Assembly (NCBI RefSeq): GCF_000143415.4
Contig: NW_003314302.1
Coordinates: forward strand, 706,736-770,735
Length of the DNA: 64,000 nt
DNA from: Selaginella moellendorffii
Taxonomy: Eukaryota; Plantae; Lycopodiophyta
Direction: 5' to 3'
Below are positions 54,594-64,000 of the stretch, piece after piece. Each line of letters opens with the position of its first letter. Positions within the stretch are counted from its first letter, which is position 1. Position numbers and translations under genes: made by a program. The notes under the pieces are model-generated. The model did not search any database. It worked only from the letters and a program-made list of their open reading frames with translations, and had not been told where the DNA came from.

Positions 54594-54692
54594 NNNNNNN
54601 NNNNNNNNNNNNNNNNNNNNNNNNNNNNNNNNNNNNNNNNNNNNNNNNNNNNNNNNNNNNNNNNNNNNNNNNNNNNNNNNNNNNNNNNNNNN
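54594..54692. other. Assembly gap (N run) inside a LARD LTR
   Basis: Run of n. Confidence 1.
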
Positions 54693-55968
54693 NGGGGGTT
54701 AGACCCCAGTAGAGCTAGTTTAGCCTAGGAAGGCTATACCCAAGTGTTGGGTGATGAGATAACCATTGGGAAGTCCAAGGCTAGAGTGAATATGGACCGA
54801 CAAGCAAGTTAGTTTGGTGAAGTATTCAAGAGCCAGCTCTAGTTCCCTCGGGAGATCGAATGGTCGATGCTCCCAGTCCAAGCGTGGATGGCACTACCTA
54901 CTTAGATACCTAGTGTGGCTTAATGGAACCTCACTTTAAGCCCATGGCTAGAGCACCCAAAAGCGAAAAGTGGGGAGAGTACCCATAAGGCTCACGTAGG
55001 GCCACGGTGTTCCAAAATGGTGTCCCAAAGTTCTAAACTGTGGAAAAGAAGAGGAGCAGTCCTCTAGTGTAGTGACTAAAGATACGGTCATATGGTGAGG
55101 AAATTCTAGAGGACAGTGGGATTTAATGGTCAAGCCTACAAGTCTTGATCTAGTGGCAGTATTGGCAAACATGGCCATGAACAGAAAGGGACTTGGTGTT
55201 GACTGAAAAAGGGATATTGGGGAAAATTGTTCCCCATGTTAGTGGGCATCTTAAAGATGCTAAAGAGTGGATCTGGGATGACCACTCTTGGACGGGTGGC
55301 CCAGTCCTGGAGAAATGGGACTGTGATGCAAATTGTATTGGACCATTAGTGTGGCAAAGGTGAATAGGTATGCCTTTAGTATAATGGGCTAATATGTCAG
55401 TGGTACCTTTGAGTGTCGGTCATGGGATCAGACATGTGGAGCACTTGGACCAAGTGGAAAGGTTGAGTGGCATGGATGCCATTCTCGGGGCTAGCAAACC
55501 CCAAGTTCTAAATTGGACTTATGGAGGTTATGAATGAGACTCCTCCAAGTGGTCGGAAGTGTGGTTAAGTGACTAAAGTAGAATGGAAAAATTAGTCGCT
55601 TACTCATTATAAAGACTAATCTTGATGACCATTTACGGTTAGTGGTATTTTTTTATTTTTATTCTATATTTTCTCTATGCTTACTATGACCTATTCTTAG
55701 TAGATATATAAGACATCATTATCTAACTAAAAAGCTATATAGATCTTTTATTATTTAAAAATGTGATATAATATTATCCAATATGTGCATAGTTGTGTTT
55801 GGTATCAATCTTATAATATTTCTCCTTATGCTACAAAATAACAATTGGAGTCAATTGTAGTTGTTTATCTATTTGAGTTAGTGGCATTTAATCTAATGGG
55901 GCCTTTTCTATGGTCGATTGTTAACAATGAATACATTATTATTACTTTCAATTATTTGAATTAGTAGG

Positions 55969-58900
55969 TGTAAGCAACCAAAGAGAACGACTTGAGAGAC
56001 GGTCCATGGGGTTCAAATATAGAGGGAAAGGGCCCATGAATAAGAGTGCACCCCCTTTTCCAATTGGTTAAAAATTTTGGGATAGTTGGAGTTAAGCGTC
56101 CTTGGGTTTGAATAGTACTGGGCTGGGTGACCTCCCGGAAAGTCCAAACTTTGTGGCTTACATTTGGTATCGGAGCTGTTCCTTAGTCTGACTTTTATTG
56201 GTGCTTAAGTATATCACCATTGATATTGGCATCGGAAGGTCCTAGGAGTGGGCCTATCCTTGAGGAGTAGCACGTCGAGAGGACATGGCTCTCCACTCGA
56301 GTTCATGCATGAACTTGGGCACGATGTGGTGGATAGAAAAGGGGCCAGTAAGGGAACGACTTTGGGATCTTGGGAACAGTATATGGTTTTCCTCAGAGAG
56401 TTGAGGATGTGATCCAGATGAACGTTTGACTTAGCAAACTGGCTAATATAGTTGTGGTAAACAACTATAGTTGGGATCACGGGAAAGATATAAACTCCAA
56501 AGCAATAAAGGAGTCACAAGATTATCCTCATATAGTTGAGGTTGGTGCTCATGAATGTGAGACCAGAAGTAATGACCGTGGGAGGTCAAATACGGAAGAG
56601 GACGCTAGTCCTTGAAATGGTAGCCAGGGCTACCTTTAATAAATGCTGGAACAACCCAAGGAGTTGGGGGGTGTACTTAGAGATGAGTTGGTACTCTCAT
56701 CACATGGACAAGTAGTCCTAAGGGGCAAAGATTGCCCCAAAGAACAAAATCAAGTGTCAGAGTAACACTTGTGAAAATAGTCCTTGTGAGTGAGGACATG
56801 AATGCAAGAAGTGTATTCCAGTGAGCTAGTGCCTGACAAGTAGAACCTTACGGATTTGTGGATTAACCAAGTCCAAAACTGCTAGATGACTCAAGTAGAG
56901 TCAAGAGATGGTCCTAAAGGACTAATGGAAGCATTTGGACTGAGGTGTGTTGTACCCCACGAAGGATTGGGGGGACCATAGGATCCAAGGATGAGAATAG
57001 AGGGTATCTTATCAATGGCAAAATGTGCCATACTAAAGTCGTGGGAAAGGTGTTCCCAAAAGAAAACAACTTTGATACAAAGTTGTGTGTGACCTCTATG
57101 GTGCAATGCTAATGGATGGTTGGCATAAGAAAGAGCGGTATTGGTCTTGGCAAAGACTTAGACACAAAGAAGAAGTGTCATAGAGGTAGGCTCATGGAGC
57201 CGATGGTGTGGAGACACCAAATGTGCCAAGGTGTGATACCTTGAGGCTATGTTGGTGGGTTCATAAGAACTCCTTGCCAAAGGAATCCCAATGGAAATGG
57301 GAATGGCATAGCCTAAGCTGCAGAGCATGCAGTTGGAGTGTGGTGACCCAGATAAAGGTGGAGGTGTGGAAGCACCAGCAATGAGTTGTAGGACTTGACA
57401 ACTATGAGGCAATTAAGCGAGAGGTGCAAAATAATTGGTTAAATAGGTAGAAGGTAGCTACCCAAGCCTTCTTAATGGCATAGGGAAGTTGGATATACCC
57501 TTATAGGGGATAAGTTGCTTATGTTGCGATATAGTAAGTCAATGTCATAAAAGGAAATACTCATTATCAAGGAAGCCATCATTGGGACACCCGAACACTC
57601 TAGAACACCAGAAGGTGGTGTTTGATGTCGCGAGGGCAATAAATAAGGCCCAAAGGACTAAGTCTCTAGCGAATGATAGATAGAAGGTGCTATCCAAATG
57701 TCCAAGGTGGCGGAGACAGGAGAAGACTGTCTACTTGAATTGGACAAAGCCAAAAATGGAATTTTGGCAAGGCTAGTGATGGGCATGTAAGGGCCCATAA
57801 GCAACAACGTAATCCCGGTGTGTGGGATTATAGGGTGAGCATACCTGGATTGAGGAACCACTCCCTAGGCTATCGGGTAGGTTCATCCCTAAGAATACTT
57901 GCTAAGGCATGATAGAAAGTGCAAAGCTATCCTCCTAGTCGAGAAGAGAATGACCGAAGGAAAGGTGTGAAGCCAAAAAAGCAAGTAATAAGGGGATAAA
58001 ACCAAACCATAGGAATCGAAGGGCATAACCAAGGGTAGTTATGCCAGTTGGGAGTGGAGAATCAAGTGGGGGCTCGAGGGTGTTGTCGCTAGCAACCGTG
58101 ATGCCATGGAGAGTCTAAAATATGGAATAGTCCATATTAAACTATATGGCAACTAGAAAGCTTGCAAAAAAGGGAGCCTTAGCAAGCTAAGGGACAGAGT
58201 TCCTTCAAGGTTCCCAAAGATGATTCTAGGTAGCTTAGTACCTAAAAAGGCCAAGCGTAAATGGTTCAAAGAAAGCGTGAAATCAGAGTGGCGCAGCAGA
58301 AGCGTGGTCTTGAAGCTTGCCATGAGGCAAGGCTATCAAAGTTAGGGAAATAGTTCTTGAGTGTTCAAAGAGAGGGTTTTGAACAAAAGTCGATGATCAA
58401 GGGCTTTCACGCTTGTGTAGGAACCATGTTACAGTGGTCGGAAGACTTGCCAAGTGAGATTGGCAAGTCAGGGGAACAAATACCCTAGTTGAAGGTGATA
58501 ACTTCGAAAGGGGTGGGCCATGGGGCCAAGCATGGAGGAGTCCATGCATGATCACAGACTTGTCAAGTGAGAGGACTTGGCAGTGTGGAGGAACTAGGTT
58601 CCCAAGCTGTGATCTATAGCGCGCTTTGAGTAAAAGTTGGTGCACCGGCGTGGAGAGTCACGCCAGGCATCCTGGGGGATGCCGTCCGTAGATGCATATA
58701 CGGAGGTTGGGTTCGAGTCCCGACCCTCTAGTGCTTGGGTTCGAGTCCCAAATCACTAGGGCGTGGTGATGGTTTGGAATATGAGGACACTCATATTTCG
58801 GTGGTCATGGACTCTCAATGAGGAGATTGGCTTGGGCACACCGCCAAGCGGGGGATGCCCCAGAGTCGTGATGCATGGTTAGATTGCTTAGAGTGAAAGC

Positions 58901-60727
58901 TCGGCATATCTAACTTAAACACTTTGGTGCAAAAGGCACGAAGGACGTGGTGAATGAGATGGGGACACCCAGTCTCAGTTGCTATGGATCCTTGGCCGGA
59001 AGGGCTAGTTTGGGCGCACCGCCAAGTGTGGGGGATGCCCCCGGGGTCATAGTCAACAACTTAGTAAGGTCTGGAAGACCTAATTCCTATTGGTAGACCT
59101 ATTAAGGGGTCAAGATGAGATCACTAGGTGATCTTATGGCTAAACAAGGACAAGGTCTTTGTTTGGGTTAAGGAATATAATTCCTAGTTCAAAGTGTTGA
59201 TTTGAACTATTGATAAAGGTGTGGCTTGGTCAAGATGACTAAGTGGGAAGGACACCTAAGGGAAATGAACTACTACAATACAATGGTATTATGAGTTCAA
59301 GAAAATAGTCTCCAGAGATAGGCCCATGGGTGGGTCACAAGGTTGGGCTAGGAAGAGAGCCTAGAACAGTTGGGGAGACTTACTAGGGGTGAACACCCTA
59401 GTTCGGGCAAAATTAGCCAAGGAACACTAATGTGGTTGATGCTAACGGATTGCGAAAAAAGAAGTGGACTTCCAAGGATGGATTCCTAAGTGCTCCAATT
59501 TGGCAAAGGAAAGGCTCCAAGTGAGGGAGCAACTAAGTAGCCAAAAGATAGGGCCGTGGACAGCCCTAGCACAAATAATGATAAATGGAACGTAATGCCA
59601 ATGGGGGCACAAAAATAGAAAAGAGGATGAGGGTGCCCTCGAGTAGAGAACTTCCTAAGAGGGGAAGTGGAGTTGCACAAAATGTGCAAAGCAAGGTGTC
59701 GAAGACACCTAGGAAATTGATTTCAAGAAGTCAAAAGTAAACGTTCCAAAGTGCAAAGGTAGATCAATGGAATCTGTGACTACTCAAGAATGAGTAGTGG
59801 AATTGAGTTAGAGAGGGTGTCTCTAACGGGTTTAGCGAGAACTGAATCAATAAAAAGGAGCAAACCACCCCAGGTGGTCAAGTAAGTCTCTAAGTTGGAG
59901 AGACTATCCTCCTTAGAGGATGGGCAAGGCATGGTGAGCCTTTGGTGTCGAACCATTGACGAATATGGAGAAGGCATGGTGAGCCTTCAATGTCAAACCA
60001 TTGACGAATATTGGCTAGGTGCCAAGGATGGAAATGGTAACACATGCGGGTATTACTTTATAAAATGGTTTACCATTCGATGAGAACATCGAACTTCGTC
60101 TATGGGTGGTGGAGTTGTGAGACACAAAATCCCTAGGCCCCAAAGTGGAGCCGGAAAAGGTGCCACGTGGTAGTGGCCGAAGCGAAAGCCCAAACGAGGG
60201 TAACACGTTTGGACTAAAAGCTCTGACTTGGAAGGTCGAGAGCGGGAGTGGAACTCCCAACAAAGTGCTCAAGGAGCGAGCACGAAGCGAGCAATAAGCA
60301 AGGCTCCAAAACGGGACCCAAAAAGGACCAACACATGACACGTGGAAGAGTCCAAGATGGACCCGAAGTGGAGTCCGAAATGGAGTCTGAAGTGGAGTCC
60401 GAGATGGAGTCCAATATGGAGTCCGAGATGGACACGAGATGGAGTCCGAGATGGACCAAGACGGAGTCCGAGATGGAGTCCGAGATGGAGTCCGAGGTGG
60501 ACCGAGACGGAGTCCGAGATGGACCCGAGATGGAGTCCGAGATGGACCGAGACGGAGTCCGAATGGAGTCGAGATGGACCGAGACAGAGTCCGAGATGGA
60601 GTCCGAGATGGAGTCCTAGATGGAGTCCGAGGTGGACCTAGACGGAGTCCAAGATGGACCCGAGATGGAGTCCGAGATGGGCCGAGACGGAGTCCGAGAT
60701 GGAGTCCGAGGTCGAGACCGAGACCGG

Positions 60728-60768
<41 letters not shown>

Positions 60769-62262
60769 GGACCGAGACTGAGACCGAGGCCAAGGCTGAG
60801 ACCGAGCCCGAGCCCGAGTCCGAGTCCAAGTCCGAGTCTGAGTCCGAGTCCGAGTTTGAGTCTGAGAGGGTGAAAGCCCAAAGCATTCGTCTCCCAGACC
60901 CTGGGGGGTTTGGTGGGCTCCAAAAGTATAGTAAGGGGGAGGACTGCAGTGGAGCCAGTTTGGCCAGGAAAGGCCAGTTTGGCCCAGGAAGGCCAGACCC
61001 AGCGTTGGGTGATGAACTAACCACTGAGAAGTCCAAGACTAGAGTGAATACGAACCGACAAGCGGGGTAGCTTGGTGAAGTGTTCAAGAGCCGGCTCTAG
61101 TTCCCCCGGGAGATCGACTGGCCGATGCTCCCAGTCCAAGTGTGGGTGGCACTACCTACTTGGATACCAGGCGTGGCTCAACGGAACCTCGCTCTAAGCC
61201 CAAGGCTAGATCACCTAAAGGCGAAAGGTGGGGAGAGTACCCAGGTGGCTCGCGTAAGGCCACAATGTTCCGAAATGTTGTCTCAAAGGCCCAGACTGTG
61301 GAAAGGAAGAGGAGCAGTCCTCTAGGGTAGTGACCAAGGACACAGTCGTGTGGTGAGGAAGTCCCAGAGGACCGTGGGACTTAGTGGTCGGGCCTGTGGG
61401 CCTCGATCCAGTGGTAGTGTTGGTAAACACGGCCATGGGCAGAAAGGGACTTGGTGGGGACCAGAAAAGAGATATTGGGGAAGGCTATTCCCCACATCTA
61501 TGGGCATCCTAAGGATGCTAAGGAGTGGATCTGGAATGATCACTCATGGACGGATGGTCCAGTCCTTGAGAGACGGGATTGTGATGCAGGTGGTGTTAGA
61601 CCACCAGTATGACCAAGGTAAAGGGGCATGGCCTTAGCGTAACGGGCTAGTAGGTCAGTGGTACCTTGGGGTGTCGGTCTTGGGACCAAACACGTGGAGC
61701 ACCTGGACTAAGTGCAAGGGATGAGTGGCATGGATACCATTCTCGGGGCTAACAAGTCCCAAGTCCTGAATTGGACTTAAGGAGGTTGTGAGTGAGACTC
61801 CTCCAAGTGGTCGAAGGTGTGGTTAAGTGACTAAAGTAGAATGGAAAAATTAGTCGCTTACAACTTGGTATTAGAGCCGTCTCAGGTCTGACTCTGTTGG
61901 TTGGCTAAGGGATTCACACCACATGTTGATTGACATCTGGCTGGTCCAGTTTGCTCCCGCTAGGCTCGACCCGAGGGGTAGGGTGTCAAGAGAGCAGGGC
62001 TCTTGGGAGAGCTGCGGCTCTCAGCTTCCGTTCACGAGGGCGTGAACTTGTAGGGAAGCGTGGTGGATTGTAAGCAACCAAAGAGAACGACTTGAGAGAC
62101 GGTCCATAGGGTTCAAATATAGAGGGAAAGGGCCCATGAATAAGAGTGCACCCCTTTTTCCAATTGGTTAAGGGTTTTGGGATAGTTGGAGTTAAGTGTC
62201 CTTGGGTTTGAATAGTACTGGGTTGGGTGACCTCCCGGAAAGTCCAAACTTTGTGGCTTACA
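55969..62262 (+). mobile_element. Composite Cassandra/LARD chimeric LTR element
   Basis: Cassandra LTR 55969-56162, PBS, LARD internal, PPT, LARD LTR 60116-61862, PBS, Cassandra internal, PPT, Cassandra LTR 62069-62262. Perfect TSD gtagg. Confidence 0.92.
56090..56145 (+). promoter_or_regulatory. 5S rRNA-derived internal Pol III promoter (A box to C box) in the Cassandra LTR
   Basis: agttaagcgtccttgggtttgaatagtactgggctgggtgacctcccggaaagtcc versus plant 5S AGTTAAGCGTGCTTGGGCGAGAGTAGTACTAGGATGGGTGACCTCCTGGGAAGTCC. Confidence 0.88.
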
Positions 62263-63554
62263 GTAGGTAGAAGTTGATGCTCTTACTAGTGTATTTACAA
62301 TTGTAGTTAAATACTTCCTCCTCAATTGAGTGGTGTTTTAATATTGTTTCTTGGAGTAAATTCTCTCAGATAATGGTCCCACATTTATAAATGAGGCATT
62401 TCACATCTTGATATCTTAATTGGGAATATATCATATTTTCACAAATATTTATCATCTCGACTAAAAATATGCTATATTTTCATAAGTGTTTATCATCCAT
62501 AGATAGATGGTTTGGTAGAATGGTTGGTTTGAACCTTCAAAAGAATAATTGTGAAATATGTGAATTTTTAACATTTGGATTGGTTTGTCATCTCTTTAGT
62601 ATGTATATGCCCTAAGAATTTATCATTGTGATTGTCATAAGTTACTAATATTAAATTTTGGGATTAATATTTGAAAATCATTCTTCCATTGGTTCGAATG
62701 GACTGTATTGAACATTTAGGCTATATATAAGTGGGATAATATCTATATTACAACTCTCATCATCATCCACTTACAGAGTATAAAATAGATGATTTAATAT
62801 TAGTTCATTTTCCCAATCTTATAGTACATGGTTTGTTTAAAGAGCTCCTTGCTCAATAGAAGGGATTATGTTAAATGTTATAGCAAATTGGACCACGGCT
62901 TTATAAGGTTCAATATAATGTTTAACATGGCTGAAATGCTTTGTACAAAAAGATTATAAACAATTAACACCATCTATAGATCTATTAGTGCCTCCTCTTG
63001 ATTTTCCTCTGAATCTTGACCTATCGACCAACGGATCTTAACTACTTTCCATCTTGCCAAGAGCAAAAGATAATATGAGGTCCAAGTGTATATCAAATTG
63101 ATTTCAATTTGGACCACTTACTTAAATTAGGGTTTTAAAGTTAATCTAATATATACATTTTTGTATTTCTATACTCACAAATGGTGTATAAATATATACA
63201 CTAGTTCAATTTGGTAAAGGTAACACTAGAAGCTCTTTCATTAAGCTTTTCAGTTAGCTATAAGAAGAGAGTATTTATTTTTTATTTTAAGAAATTTATT
63301 TTTAATAAAATAAACTTTAAACATAGAGAAATAAAATTCCTTTTACATTTGGAAGAACATAGAAATTTTAATTAAAAAATCTAATATAAAAGTAATTTTT
63401 AAATTATTCAAATAGTTATAATTTTATATTTAGGTTTTATTATTTTTATATAATAATGTAAAATAATAAATAAAAAGAATATAAATCCTAATACATGTTA
63501 TGTTTTAAAATTTCTTAAGTGTTTATTTAGTAGAAATTTTTGCTAATATATTTA

Positions 63555-64000
63555 ATGGTCTTAAAAACATATATAGTAGTGTTTTCTTATATAAATTTTG
63601 TATATGGAGTAAATATAGACTGGGGGGAAAAAAAAGTTCTTAGTGAACAAGATATTCAAATTATAATTGATCAAGGTTTTTTAAATTTAACAAGTAATTT
63701 AACTCATAATGGTAATTATCCAGAAAATTATAAAGATGCAAGAATGGTTGAAATTAGTAAAGGTGCTGTTTTTGTAAGGATTGAATGTTTAGGAGATAAA
63801 TGTGAATCTGGTAAATCAACAAATAAACAAGTGATTGGATCAAGAATAAAATCTGGAATAAAATATACAATAGATGAATATAAATCACTATTATTATCAC
63901 AACGAGCAGATAAATGTAAAATAACATTAACAAAATATATAATTGAGTACAGTCTTCAATTTCTGTGGACTCCTCAATTACAAAATCTAAAGGCATTTCC
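63555..64000 (+). CDS. Open AT-rich ORF with a signal-peptide-like start; runs off the window
   Basis: MVLKTYIVVFSYINFVYGVNIDWGEKKVLSEQDIQ..., 148 codons without a stop. Not in the ORF track because no stop codon lies inside the window. Confidence 0.5.
   Translation, partial: MVLKTYIVVFSYINFVYGVNIDWGEKKVLSEQDIQIIIDQGFLNLTSNLTHNGNYPENYKDARMVEISKGAVFVRIECLGDKCESGKSTNKQVIGSRIKSGIKYTIDEYKSLLLSQRADKCKITLTKYIIEYSLQFLWTPQLQNLKAF

Larger units (their letters stand above)
21755..55604 (+). mobile_element. Non-autonomous LARD-type LTR element (outermost layer of the nest)
   Basis: LTRs 21755-23498 and 54489-55604 (N gap inside the second). PBS ttggtatcaaagc, PPT gtggtggagt, non-coding internal region. 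Probable TSD cttta/catta. Confidence 0.85.
55605..62950 (+). pseudogene. Very old gypsy integrase remnant, split by the composite element
   Basis: LMGPF..YIII.F.Y before 55964 continues as VEVDAL..SDNGPTF..YHP..DGLVE after 62267. Confidence 0.6.

Noticed and set aside
56090-56145. Bona fide 5S rRNA genes
   Set aside because: Only the ~56-nt internal control region matches, and it lies inside TG...CA LTRs; the 5' and 3' parts of 5S are absent.
60015-61087. Long ORFs (MESE/SPRW/GL repeats), also at 17560, 21905-22695, 25594-26000 and 50385-50706
   Set aside because: By-products of the gagtccgagatg tandem repeats in LTRs.

Overview
Eukaryotic, almost certainly plant, repeat-rich DNA. The very short 38-55 nt introns and the TE families point to a seed-free plant such as a Selaginella-like lycophyte (inference). 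The core is a five-level nest of insertions, each junction bounded by a target-site duplication (TSD): non-coding LARD (21755-55604) > 5S-carrying Cassandra-type TRIM (24710-51284) > Ty3/gypsy chromovirus (24873-50757) > 18.3-kb TIR DNA transposon with a 4-bp TSD and a Sola-like transposase (28036-46342) > self-priming Tcn1/Tf1-type chromovirus (32396-38100). Four observations stand out. (1) The DNA transposon carries a divergently transcribed cargo gene with ParB-like, methyltransferase-like and FCP1-phosphatase-like parts, plus more than 20 copies of a 22-bp palindrome (ATGGCRTGWGGCCWCAYGCCAT). Several copies sit inside its introns, and a matching MITE retains two. A decayed MULE at the left end of the window has the same head-to-head ParB-like/transposase layout. 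(2) The outer chromovirus has frame-restoring spliceosomal introns in its integrase. (3) A chimeric element (Cassandra LTR / LARD body / LARD LTR / Cassandra body / Cassandra LTR) inserted as one unit at 55969-62262. (4) An uninterrupted AT-rich ORF with a signal-peptide-like start runs off the right edge. The only recognisable host gene is a probably pseudogenised 2OG-Fe(II) dioxygenase. Domain calls come from motif recognition by eye, not from database searches.
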